This document shows positions 31,524 through 40,348 of a stretch of 64,000 nucleotides of DNA, piece by piece. This DNA is from an uncultured Alphaproteobacteria bacterium. Its GTDB lineage: Bacteria > Pseudomonadota > Alphaproteobacteria > Acetobacterales > Acetobacteraceae. Below the pieces are notes generated by a model, which saw nothing but the letters and a program-made list of their open reading frames with translations, was not told the origin of the DNA and searched no databases. The stretch covers positions 21,993 to 85,992 of the forward strand of contig CAVXNH010000073.1 in NCBI GenBank assembly GCA_963762885.1, read 5' to 3'. The position numbers and the translations under genes are program-made. Every line of letters begins with the position of its first letter. Positions within the stretch are counted from its first letter, which is position 1.

Positions 31524-32233
31524 TTTTGTCCAGTCATCACCTCCGCCAGTTCGGTCATGCTTGGCACAATCATATCGGGCTGGTGCGGCGTCGCGCCGAA
31601 CGGACGCCGGCGCCGGTCGATGAACGCCGTGCGCATGCCCGTCGCCTTGGCGCCAATGCAGTCGAAGGCGTGGTTGGCGACGAACAGCACTTCCTCCGGC
31701 TGCACCCCGGCCAGTTCCGCGGCCTTTTCGTAAGTCGCGTGATGTGGCTTGAAAGCGCCCGCCACCGCAACGGAGATGATCTGGTCGAAGGCGACGCCGT
31801 GATATTGCCGCGCCGTCTCCAGCATGTCCGGATCGCCGTTTGATAGCACCACCAGCTTGTAGCGCATCCGCAACCGGTCCAGTGCGGCGGGGACCTCGGG
31901 AAACGGCCGCAACCGTTCGATGGCGGCGACCAGCGCGCGGACTTCGTCGGCGGTGTAGGCGATGCCGGCGCGATCCATCACAAACGCCACGGCGCGTTCG
32001 CCGATCTCGCGATATGGCGTATGATCGCGTCCCAGCAACGCGTCGATCATCGAGTTCTCGAAGTGCGTGCGCCGCCACCAGGTGACGAAGGCGTTCGGGC
32101 TGCCGGGCCAGCCCTTCGATTTCAAGAACGGCGTGGCGACCTCCACCAAACCAGACTGCATGTCCACCACAGTGCCATACTGGTCGAACATGCAAACCTT
32201 GATGGTGGATTTGAGAAGCTCGGGGTCAGTCAT
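31475..32233 (-). CDS. Haloacid dehalogenase type II-like hydrolase
   Basis: FDQYGTVVD (D-x-Y-G-T), VLSNGDPDML, AFKPHHATYE, FVANHAFDCIGA. The last 10 codons and the stop lie inside REP-D. Confidence 0.75.
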   Translation of the reverse strand: MTDPELLKSTIKVCMFDQYGTVVDMQSGLVEVATPFLKSKGWPGSPNAFVTWWRRTHFENSMIDALLGRDHTPYREIGERAVAFVMDRAGIAYTADEVRALVAAIERLRPFPEVPAALDRLRMRYKLVVLSNGDPDMLETARQYHGVAFDQIISVAVAGAFKPHHATYEKAAELAGVQPEEVLFVANHAFDCIGAKATGMRTAFIDRRRRPFGATPHQPDMIVPSMTELAEVMTGQNLSHGVGEVEARERRG

Positions 32234-32308
32234 GGCAGAGAGCACCCTGTCATTGCGAAGACCGCTACGCTCCTCGCAAAGACAGCCAGGGACAAGGGGG
32301 GCGTCGCG

Positions 32309-33415
32309 TCACGGATGCAAGGTCAGCTTCTGCACGCGCCAGTTCAGCAGCTCCGCCACGAACAGCGTGTTCTCCGATGGGCAGGCCATCTCGTGCACCC
32401 AGCCGAACTGCTTCGGCAGCTTGCCCGCCATGCCCAGCACGCCAAGCACCTTGCCGTCCAGCGTCAGCTTATAGATCCGTCCGGGATAGGCGTCCGCGCT
32501 GTAGAGCACCTGGTTCGGGCCCGGCGTGATGCAGATCGCCCAGGGCGAGCCCGGCGCCATCGTTTGCGGCGTACCCGGAGGAAATGGCAGGTTGGGCTTG
32601 TTGCCGATCGCGGGTTTGGCGTTCGGATCGTACGGCACGTCGATGGTGATCACGCGTTGCAGCGCGCCCTGCGTATCGAACACCTGGATGCGCCGATTGC
32701 CGCGATCGGCGACGTAGACGTTGTTCTTCGCATCCACCGCGATGCTGTGCGGCGTCATGAATTGTCCGGGCTCGCTGCCCGGCGTCCCCCAGGAGCCGAG
32801 CCATTCGCCATCGCGGCTGACGCGGGCGACTCGGGAATTGATGTAGCCGTCGCTGATGTACCCGTTGCCCGCCGAATCCCAGGCGATGTCGGTGACCTGG
32901 CGGAACATGCCATCGACTGGTGGCAGCGGCGGCTTGGGATGCTTCAGCGGCGCGGTGTCCTCGTCCGACGCCTCCTGCTTGCGGCCGAACACCATGACAA
33001 CGCGTCCCGCCTGGTCGAACTTCACAACCTGGTCGGAACCTTTGTCGGTGACCCAAATATTGTCCTGCGGGTCGATCTTCACGGTATGCGCGAACGACCA
33101 GGCGTACAGGTTGTGGCCGATCTCGCGCAGGAATTTTCCGTCAGGGGAGAATTCGAGCAATTGCGCGGCGGCAGCGCCATAAGCCGGGCCGGTGTTGTTG
33201 CCGCGGGAGAATGCGAAGATGTGGCCCTTGGAATTCACCGCCACGCCGGACACTTCGCCGAGATACATATTGGTTGGCAGCTTCAGCAAATCGGGAACGG
33301 AGTTGAAAGCGATCTGCGGAACGGTCTGAGCGGCGGCGGATACCATGCAGGCTGCGACCATCGCCAGCGCGCCGATTATTTTCCCCGCATCCAGGCCTCC
33401 CTCGCTGCGCTGCAT
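32309..33415 (-). CDS. NHL-repeat beta-propeller protein (secreted)
   Basis: Signal-like IIGALAMVAACMVSAAAQ. NHL repeats, e.g. IAVDAKNNVYVADRGNRRIQVFD and NIWVTDKGSDQVVKFD. Confidence 0.8.
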   Translation of the reverse strand: MQRSEGGLDAGKIIGALAMVAACMVSAAAQTVPQIAFNSVPDLLKLPTNMYLGEVSGVAVNSKGHIFAFSRGNNTGPAYGAAAAQLLEFSPDGKFLREIGHNLYAWSFAHTVKIDPQDNIWVTDKGSDQVVKFDQAGRVVMVFGRKQEASDEDTAPLKHPKPPLPPVDGMFRQVTDIAWDSAGNGYISDGYINSRVARVSRDGEWLGSWGTPGSEPGQFMTPHSIAVDAKNNVYVADRGNRRIQVFDTQGALQRVITIDVPYDPNAKPAIGNKPNLPFPPGTPQTMAPGSPWAICITPGPNQVLYSADAYPGRIYKLTLDGKVLGVLGMAGKLPKQFGWVHEMACPSENTLFVAELLNWRVQKLTLHP

Positions 33416-33505
33416 TGGGTGGCTCGCGTGCGTGCGTGTCAATGGCAAGACATGACAGACGCGACCCTGCCCAGCATAGTCGGATGCGGATCCAGGGAGA
33501 CAACG

Positions 33506-34027
33506 ATGCGCTTGATGGTGGCACTGCTGTCCGTTGCGTTCGGATCGGCCGCCGTCGCACAGACGGAGGCTCCGGCCGGACAAACTATTGCCGACGCGGC
33601 GACGTTCGGCGCCGTCGCCACGCTGGCTCCACTGTGCGGCTTGCGCGATGAGACCTGGGCGTTCGACCTGCGGCGTGCAGCGATGCAGACAGCGACAGGT
33701 AGCACTGCCACCGACGACGCCGCACTGTCGCAGGCCCCGGGCAGCGATCAGGTTGCCGCCGCGCTGGGCTACGGCGACATGGAGGCGTTGGAGGATTTCG
33801 CCGCCGACACCCCGGCCGAAACCTGCGCGTCGTTGCGGCAAAATCCCGCGTTGACCAGAGCGGATGCCGCGGTCGATGCGTTTCGCCGCCGCCGCAACGG
33901 GAAGCCCGTCGGCCAGGTAACGACGCCCGGGACAATCCGCACGCGATATGCGATGCTGCACGCGTCGCGCCCTTGGGATTCGCTGTGCGGCATCTGCATC
34001 CGCCTGGTTGGCAAGGAGCCATCATGA
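33506..34027 (+). CDS. Hypothetical secreted protein
   Basis: AGGGAGA then ATG 33506. MRLMVALLSVAFGSAAVAQ is a signal peptide. No recognised domain. The C-terminal part is of doubtful quality. Confidence 0.45.
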   Translation: MRLMVALLSVAFGSAAVAQTEAPAGQTIADAATFGAVATLAPLCGLRDETWAFDLRRAAMQTATGSTATDDAALSQAPGSDQVAAALGYGDMEALEDFAADTPAETCASLRQNPALTRADAAVDAFRRRRNGKPVGQVTTPGTIRTRYAMLHASRPWDSLCGICIRLVGKEPS

Positions 34028-34324
34028 AGTTGACGGACATCGACCGGGTGAACCACCTGGTTGCTGAACTTGCCGGGGTGAAGGAGCTCATTGCGCTGGC
34101 CGATCGCGCCGATCCCAGCGATGTCAAACTGTTCATCCAGGGCCCCGGCGATGCGTCGATCGAGATGTCGGCGGAGGGTGTTGAATTCGACGCACTACCG
34201 CGGCTTTTCCGCGACGCCGGATTTCCTCACCCAGCTCAAGCGCCTGGCGCTGGAGGAGATCGCGGCGCGCCAGAAGGCGATCATCGGCGAACTCGCCGGG
34301 CTCGGCGTCGAAGCGGACGAATAG
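34024..34324 (+). pseudogene. Small hypothetical protein (~100 aa); frameshifted as assembled
   Basis: ATG 34024 overlaps the upstream stop (ATGA). MKLTDIDRVNHLVAELAGVKELIAL...EFDALPRLFRDAG, then a shift at T3 34222-34224, then FLTQLKRLALEEIAARQKAIIGELAGLGVEADE. Confidence 0.45.
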
Positions 34325-34350
34325 GACGGCATCAAGTCGCGCCGCAATCT

Positions 34351-34388
34351 CCCGTGTCATGGCCGGCCTTCGCCGGCCATGACACGGG
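34351..34388. terminator. Perfect 17-bp-stem hairpin between convergent genes (bidirectional terminator candidate / REP B-like)
   Basis: cccgtgtcatggccggc-cttc-gccggccatgacacggg. Confidence 0.5.
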
Positions 34389-34434
34389 GAGCCGTGGTCC
34401 GCCGGCAGCCGATTTGATTATTCCTCCGCGCGTC

Positions 34435-35304
34435 CTAAAACGCGCGCGCGCCCAGGATGCCGCGTGGCCGCAACGTCAGCACCAGCAGGATCGCGAGGAA
34501 GCCGACCACCGTCCGATAGTCAGGTGGCAGCACGAGCAATGACAGTTCCTCGGCGATACCGACGGCAAGCGCGCCGACGACGGCGCCGGGTATGCTACCC
34601 AGGCCGCCCACCACCGCAGCGGCGAAGATCGCCAGCAGCGCGCGAAAGCCGGTCAGCGGATCGATCGACGTGTCCAGACCAAGCAGCATGCCGCCCAGGC
34701 CGGCGAGGCCCATCGCGGTAAAGTTGACGATCTGGGCGATCAGGTTGGCGTCGATGCCTTTGATGGCAGCGAGCGTCGGATTGTCGGCGACGGCGCGCAT
34801 CGCCTTGCCGATACGGGTGAAGCGCAGGAAGGCAAACAGCGCCAGCACCGCGACGGCGGAGATGACAAGGTCCTCGAGTTGCTGAGGTCCGAGCCGCAAT
34901 CCGGCGAAGCGCCAGTCGCGTTGGATCGGCAGGTCGTAGTCTCGCAGGTTATTGCCGAAGCTCAGCCGGACGACGTTTTCCAAAGCGATGGTCAGGGCGA
35001 CCGAGGCGATGGTCGCGGTCACCAGGCTGTTGCGACGCAGCGGTCGCAGCACCAGCGCGTCGCTGCCCAGTCCGCACACGCCCGCGACGAGAAACGCGCA
35101 GGCAGCGGCTGGCACCAGCGGAAAGTGCAGCGTGGCGTTGGCGACGTAGCCGGCGAACGCGCCGATCGTCGCGTGCGACGCGACGGCGAAATTCGGGAAG
35201 CGGAGCACGGCGTAGATCGCGGTGAAGCCGATCGCCGGCGCGGTTAAAATGGCGCCGGCCATCAGGCCGTTCAGAACGAGCTGAAGCACGGCGATGGTGT
35301 TCAT
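34435..35304 (-). CDS. livH: Branched-chain amino-acid ABC transporter permease (LivH type)
   Basis: 289 aa. MNTIAVLQLVLNGLMAGAILTAPAIGFTAIYAV...GKAMRAVADNPTLAAIKGID... Confidence 0.9.
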   Translation of the reverse strand: MNTIAVLQLVLNGLMAGAILTAPAIGFTAIYAVLRFPNFAVASHATIGAFAGYVANATLHFPLVPAAACAFLVAGVCGLGSDALVLRPLRRNSLVTATIASVALTIALENVVRLSFGNNLRDYDLPIQRDWRFAGLRLGPQQLEDLVISAVAVLALFAFLRFTRIGKAMRAVADNPTLAAIKGIDANLIAQIVNFTAMGLAGLGGMLLGLDTSIDPLTGFRALLAIFAAAVVGGLGSIPGAVVGALAVGIAEELSLLVLPPDYRTVVGFLAILLVLTLRPRGILGARAF

Positions 35305-35314
35305 CGTCAGCTCA

Positions 35315-35650
35315 TGTCACTGCGAGGAGCACAGCGACTTATAATATGTCATTGCGAATTGGCCACCGTCCGGCGGTGGCCGACCCGCCCTGAATGAAAC
35401 TGCGGTGGTGGCCGCCCCCCACGTCATGCCGACGTAGGTCGGCATCCACGACTTTTCTCGCGGCACGCAGCAAAGTCGTGGATGGCGGGCCTTCGCCCGC
35501 CATGACGTGGGAGCCGGGCAACACGGGTTGTTTCTTGCCAGGAGCGAAGCGGTCCCTGGGCTTGACCCGGGAAGCAATCTCCGCCTGCCGAGCCGTCGGC
35601 GGTTCGTCAGGCAGGAGATTGCCGCGTCGCTTACGCTCCTCGCAATGACA
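35315..35650. repeat. Nested REP cluster (family C arms enclosing a family A copy at 35422-35507)
   Basis: tgtcactgcgaggagcacagcgac ... [family A twin hairpin] ... ccgggcttgacccgggaagcaatctccgcc ... cgcttacgctcctcgcaatgaca. Confidence 0.75.
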
Positions 35651-35671
35651 AGGAACAGCAGTGACGCCCAC

Positions 35672-36862
35672 CTACCCAACCTCAAGAAACCTGAACTCTC
35701 CATTCTCCACCCGGTTATATCGGAACTTGCAGTCGGTGATGTCGCCGATATCGGTAAAGGTGCACGGCCCGGAAGCGCCGCTGTACTTCACTTCCGTGCC
35801 CGCCTTGATCAGCGGCAAGCCTTCCACCGCGGTGAAAACCTTCTGCCCGTCGCTGTTGGTAATCTTGCGCACGGTGTCGCGGATCGCAGTGCCGTCGGCC
35901 TGCCCTGCCTTGGCGATCGTCAGCGCCACGATGCTGATCCAGTCCGTGGCCTGCGCTTCGTAGGCGTCGGGGGCGGCAATACCCAACCGCTTAACGCACG
36001 CCGCATAGGCAGGCGAGTTGAGATCCGCCGAGGGCTGCACGGTAACTACCCCCTGAGTCACTTCCTTCGGCAGTTGCTGCACCGACTTCTCCGTCAGCGC
36101 ATAGGATTGACAGAACTTCGTCCCCTCGAAGCCGGCGCGGTACAGGTCGCGCAGGATCACCGCGACATCCGGCGCATAGCCGTTCAGGTAGATGAAATCG
36201 GGCTTGGCGGCTAACGCCTGATCGACCTCGGACCGATAGCTGGTCTTGTCCTTGTCGTAGACCAGCGAGCCCACCACGGCCACGCCCTCCGGCGTCAACG
36301 TGTCCGTCAGATAGTGCCGCGTCGGCTCGGCGAACGGCGCTTGGATCGCCATGATGAACACGCGCTTGGCGCCGTGGCGGATGATGAACTCGGCGTGCTT
36401 CGTCGCCTGCAACTGGTTGTTCGGCTGGGTGCGAATCAGATAGCCCTGATGCGGCAGGTGCGTGATGCTGTCGGCGCCAGAGACCGTGGTGAGGAACGTC
36501 TTGCTCTCCCAACACACCGGCGCCACCGCGGTCGTGACCGCGGACGCCCAGGTGCCCATGATCACCGGCACCTTGTCCACGTCGATCAGCTTGTGCGCGG
36601 CGCGCACCGCGGCTTCGGGATTGGTCTCGTCGTCTTCCACCACCAGCCTGATCGGCTGTCCCGCCACGCCGCCGGCGTGGTTGATCTCGTCCGCCACCGC
36701 CTGCATTGCCTTCAACATACGCGGTCCATCGAAGCTGCCCGCGCCGGTCAGCGGGGTCAGCACGCCGAGGTCCATCGTGCTGGCCTGCGCGCGGCCGATC
36801 GCCGGCGCGGCAAGACCGGCCGCAGCCGCGGCAATTAGATGGCGGCGGGTCAGACGGATCAT
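35672..36862 (-). CDS. ABC transporter substrate-binding protein (Leu/Ile/Val-binding type)
   Basis: Tat-like signal MIRLTRRHLIAAAAAGLAAPAIGRAQA; LGVLTPLTGAGSFDG...; 396 aa. Confidence 0.9.
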   Translation of the reverse strand: MIRLTRRHLIAAAAAGLAAPAIGRAQASTMDLGVLTPLTGAGSFDGPRMLKAMQAVADEINHAGGVAGQPIRLVVEDDETNPEAAVRAAHKLIDVDKVPVIMGTWASAVTTAVAPVCWESKTFLTTVSGADSITHLPHQGYLIRTQPNNQLQATKHAEFIIRHGAKRVFIMAIQAPFAEPTRHYLTDTLTPEGVAVVGSLVYDKDKTSYRSEVDQALAAKPDFIYLNGYAPDVAVILRDLYRAGFEGTKFCQSYALTEKSVQQLPKEVTQGVVTVQPSADLNSPAYAACVKRLGIAAPDAYEAQATDWISIVALTIAKAGQADGTAIRDTVRKITNSDGQKVFTAVEGLPLIKAGTEVKYSGASGPCTFTDIGDITDCKFRYNRVENGEFRFLEVG

Positions 36863-36873
36863 ACAACTCTCCC

Positions 36874-37602
36874 CTACAGTTGTTCGGTCGGATGCGCGCC
36901 GAGGAAGATCCGCCGGATCTCCGGATCGGCCCGCAGCGCCGCCGCATCACCATCGCGGTTGTTGCGTCCATCGACAAGGATCGTCGCCCAATGTGCGATC
37001 TCCAGCGCCTCCCCAGCATTTTGCTCCACCATGGCGATGGCGATGCCCTCGCGATTGATCTCGCAGATGGTCGCGAACAACTGTGCTGCCGCGATCGGCG
37101 ACAATCCGGCGGAGGGTTCGTCGAGCAATAGCAACGCCGGCTGCACCATCAGCGCCATCGCCATGGCCAGCACCTGGCGCTGCCCGCCCGACAGCGTGCG
37201 CGCGGCACGATGGCGCTTCTCTGCCAGCATGGGGAAGCGCGCGAACGCAGCGTCGATGCGCGCAGCGGTGTGAGTCGGATCGATGTAGCCGCCCATCTCC
37301 AGGTTCTCGCGCACCGACAGGGTCGGGAACACGTTAGCCTCCTGCGGCACGAACGCCACGCCGCGCCGGGCGATGGCGCGCGGGGTAAGCCCGTGGATCG
37401 GCGCATCGCGCAGGTGTATCGTACCACGCGCTGGATGCAACAGGCCAGCGATGGTCTTCAGCAGCGTGGATTTGCCGGCGCCGTTCGGACCGATGATGGC
37501 GACGATTTCACCGTCATTCACAGTGAGCGAGACGCCTTTCAGAATTTCGTCGCCGCGTCCATAGCCTGCGACGATGTCATGGGCAGCGAGAAGGGGAGTC
37601 AT
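36874..37602 (-). CDS. livF: Branched-chain amino-acid ABC transporter ATP-binding protein (LivF type)
   Basis: GPNGAGKSTLLKTIAG, LSGGQRQVLAMAMAL, LLLDEPSAGLSP. Confidence 0.9.
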   Translation of the reverse strand: MTPLLAAHDIVAGYGRGDEILKGVSLTVNDGEIVAIIGPNGAGKSTLLKTIAGLLHPARGTIHLRDAPIHGLTPRAIARRGVAFVPQEANVFPTLSVRENLEMGGYIDPTHTAARIDAAFARFPMLAEKRHRAARTLSGGQRQVLAMAMALMVQPALLLLDEPSAGLSPIAAAQLFATICEINREGIAIAMVEQNAGEALEIAHWATILVDGRNNRDGDAAALRADPEIRRIFLGAHPTEQL

Positions 37603-37612
37603 GGCGACGAAA

Positions 37613-37732
37613 TCCTCTCCCGCGCTTGCGCGCGGGAGGGGGCGCCGCGAAGCGGCGGGTGAGGGTGTTGCGGCCCCCTCACCCTCGGCGCTCTCGTGCC
37701 TCGACCTCTCCCGCGCGTAGCGCGGGAGAGGT
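37613..37732. repeat. REP family D composite copy
   Basis: cctctcccgcgcttgcgcgcgggaggg...gggtgagggtg...ccctcaccctcggcgctctcgtgcctcgacctctcccgcgcgtagcgcgggagagg. Confidence 0.8.
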
Positions 37733-38488
37733 TTTACGCCCCATATAAGCCTCTTGCACAAGCGGATCGTTCGCCACCTCGTCGAACGTGCCTTCGCGCA
37801 AATACTGCCCCTCCGCCATGACGATCACCGGATCGCAGAGCGCGGCGATCGTGTCCAGGTGGTGCTCGATCAGCAGCACGGAGATGCCCTCGGTGCGCAG
37901 GCTGCGCAGGTGCTCGCCGATTTCCTGTGCCAGTGTGGGGTTGACGCCGGCCACCGGCTCATCGAGCAGGAGAAGGGTGGGTTCCGCCATCAAGGCGCGA
38001 CCGATCTCCAGCAGTTTTTTCTGACCCCCGGACAGTTCCGCTGCGCGATGGTGCAGCACGCGCGTCAGGTTCAGCCGTTGCGCGATCCCGTGGGCACGCT
38101 CGCGCAGAACGGCTTCGCGGCGGCGGGCGGCCGCGGTGCGCAACAGCGCGGGAACGATATGCTCACCTGGCTGGAGTGGGCCGTAGAGTAACAGGTTCTC
38201 CAGCACGGTGAGGCGCGGAAAGCCGCGCGCGATCTGGAAGCTGCGGACGAGGCCGGCGCCGGTCACCCGATCCGGCCGCCAGCCGGCAATGCTCTCGCCG
38301 TTGAAGCGGATGCTGCCGGAATCCGGCGGCACCATGCCGGAGATGCAGTTGAACAGCGTGGTTTTGCCGGCCCCGTTGGGACCGATCAGGCCGGTGATGA
38401 GGCCCGCCTGCACGCTCATGCTCACGCCACGCAGAGCATGCACGCCGTAGTAGCTACGGGTCAGGTCGCTGATCTCGAGCAAGGGCAT
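37679..38488 (-). CDS. livG: Branched-chain amino-acid ABC transporter ATP-binding protein (LivG type)
   Basis: GPNGAGKTTLFNCISG, LSGGQKKLLEIGRAL, LLLDEPVAGVNP. The last 10 codons and the stop lie inside REP-D. Confidence 0.9.
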   Translation of the reverse strand: MPLLEISDLTRSYYGVHALRGVSMSVQAGLITGLIGPNGAGKTTLFNCISGMVPPDSGSIRFNGESIAGWRPDRVTGAGLVRSFQIARGFPRLTVLENLLLYGPLQPGEHIVPALLRTAAARRREAVLRERAHGIAQRLNLTRVLHHRAAELSGGQKKLLEIGRALMAEPTLLLLDEPVAGVNPTLAQEIGEHLRSLRTEGISVLLIEHHLDTIAALCDPVIVMAEGQYLREGTFDEVANDPLVQEAYMGRKTSPALRAGEVEARERRG

Positions 38489-38639
38489 GCGGCGCCATCG
38501 CGTTGGGGTTGAGCTGGTACGGCAAGGATGCACCGGCCCGCGTCATTCTCCCATGGATCGACGGATTTTGCGCGGTCGAAACACCGCAGTGTTGCCTGCC
38601 CGCCGGACCGGTAACCGACAGAGGCGGCGAACGCTGCCG

Positions 38640-38804
38640 TCAGACTTCGGCCTGGGGTTCGCCTCGCTTGCTCAACAGCTCCGTACCGCGCGCGAGCAAT
38701 TGATAGCCTGCTGCGAGGTTGCGGTACGCTTCGACCAGATCGGGATCGGTGGCGCGCGCGGCAAGCTCTTCGTATTTCTTTGCGGTCGCAGCGTAGTCCG
38801 GCAT
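38640..38804 (-). CDS. Small hypothetical helical protein (54 aa)
   Basis: MPDYAATAKKYEELAARATDPDLVEAYRNLAAGYQLLARGTELLSKRGEPQAEV. ORF and composition only. Confidence 0.35.
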   Translation of the reverse strand: MPDYAATAKKYEELAARATDPDLVEAYRNLAAGYQLLARGTELLSKRGEPQAEV

Positions 38805-39184
38805 GTGTTGCCACGCCTCCCCGTTCGTCAGCGGCGAACCGGTCGCACCAAATGCGTGGGAATGCACAATCAATTCTTGATGAAGATATAAATGGGCGAG
38901 AAAGAAATCGGATTTGCAGCTATTCCGGCAGGCGCCCGTCGGCGTTGCGCGCGGGCTCTCAAAAAGAGGCCCCGAGGCGAACAGGCCCCGGGGCCAGGGA
39001 TCGTCTGGGTCGCCGGAACCGGGGAGGTTTCCGACCGAACCTATTCTAATATCCAAACCTTCCCACTGATTTCACAAACGCACGTACTCTGCTCCGCCGG
39101 GCGATGGAATCGTAACAATTGCGTGATCATGCGGCCGCCGCGCATGCCGATCACCCGGTCGGAGGCTGCCGGAAACTGCGCCAG

Positions 39185-39240
39185 CGGTTCATCCCGCGCA
39201 CCGCGTCGCACGCCGCCCTTGTCACTTCGACCGTCGTCGC
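39185..39240 (-). repeat. Duplicated copy of the 3' end of the tartrate-dehydrogenase-like gene
   Basis: cggttcatcccgcgcaccgcgtcgcacGccgcccTTgtcacttcgaccgtcgtcgc matches 40353-40408 with 3 mismatches. It translates to ...TTVEVTRAACDAVRGMNR, against the TTVEVTRAVCDAVRGMNR of the real gene. Confidence 0.85.
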
Positions 39241-39313
39241 AATCCGCCGATCCGGCAGTGACGAAAACGGCTGATTGACCCGGGTTCGCTGATAGCGAAT
39301 ATTGCCTCGTGGC

Positions 39314-39507
39314 ATGGCGCTCATCATTCCTCCGGACGTCCTGCGGCAGTTGGCGGCAATCCCACGGCGCGGTCGCGAACGGCTGCTGGAGGCGCTCGAA
39401 TTGATGGCCGCCGAACCCGCCACACGGTTCTCGTTCGTAACCGAGATGGTCGGGCAGCCGATGTGGTCATGGACCGCCTGGGCAATCGAAGGGATGTCTA
39501 TCGATGA
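39314..39507 (+). pseudogene. Degenerate RelE/ParE-family toxin
   Basis: N-terminus MALIIPPDVLRQLAAIPRRGRERLLEALELMAAEPATRF. A different frame ends DVVMDRLGNRRDVYR-stop, the typical RelE/ParE C-terminus. The central strands are missing. The stop overlaps the antitoxin ATG (ATGA). Confidence 0.55.
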
Positions 39508-39923
39508 GCGCGATCAAGCCATTGGCCGAGACGCCGGAAACCGTGACCCTGACGCGGGCTGATTTCGATGCGCTGTTGCGCGCGGCCGAGGACGCCGCAG
39601 ACCTGGCGTCAGTTGAGGCTCATCGGGCCTACGAGGACCGCGTTGGGAGGGAGACTGCGCGGCGCAACTATCTTACCTCAGAGGAAGCTCGCCGGTTACT
39701 GGACGGGGCCAGCGCGGTCCGTGTCTGGCGCGAGAAGCGCGAAACCACGCAACGGGCCCTGGCAGAGGCGGCAGAGGTTGCCGTGGGGTATCTCGCGGAG
39801 ATTGAGGGCGGCAAGAAGCCCGGCAGTGCCAGCGCATTGCGCCGAATCGCGAGGGTCCTGGATGTGCCGATGGAGCATTTGGTTGTGGAAGGCGTCTCCG
39901 CCCGGTCGTTCGGCGGTGCGTAG
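39504..39923 (+). CDS. XRE-family HTH antitoxin
   Basis: TQRALAEAAEVAVGYLAEIEGGKKPGSASALRRIARVLDVPMEHL. Confidence 0.7.
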   Translation: MSAIKPLAETPETVTLTRADFDALLRAAEDAADLASVEAHRAYEDRVGRETARRNYLTSEEARRLLDGASAVRVWREKRETTQRALAEAAEVAVGYLAEIEGGKKPGSASALRRIARVLDVPMEHLVVEGVSARSFGGA

Positions 39924-39945
39924 CGCGGTACGTGACGCAAGGTAA

Positions 39946-40164
39946 GGCGACGCCCAACAATAGACGCATCATTTGCCACCAGGACTACGCGTCCCCGTCA
40001 TGGCCGGCCCATGGCCCCGGGCGCTTGTCCCGGGGCTTGTGCCGGCCATCCACGCCTTTGTTCGCATCAGCATTGCAAGGCGTGGATGGCCGGCACAAGG
40101 CCGGCCATGACGGGGGAACGCATCAGCGTGCCACCAGCCGACTCGTTCATTGTTGGGCGTCGCC
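39946..40164. mobile_element. MITE (219 bp), same family as 17198-17357, 3-bp TSD (TAA)
   Basis: taa|ggcgacgcccaacaatag ... cattgttgggcgtcgcc|taa. The interior carries two cgtcatggccgg/ccggccatgacg hairpins. Confidence 0.8.
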
Positions 40165-40348
40165 TAAAGGCGCGTTGAGGCCGAATGTCGGCCCATCAGA
40201 GGCGGCCGGCAAACCCGCAAGGCGAAGAGCCACGAGAAGGCGCAGTATGCTGACCCGATCACCCTCCCTCGCGTCGCTTCGCGCCTCGACCCCCGGGTCA
40301 AGCGCCCGGGAGCAGGCTCTCTCCTGCGCAACGGGAAAGGTGCAGTAA

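Noticed and set aside
32021-34027. 668-aa plus-strand ORF
   Set aside because: The first ~490 codons are antisense to the dehalogenase-like and NHL-repeat genes. Only the last 173 codons (from ATG 33506, with RBS and signal peptide) are kept as a low-confidence CDS.
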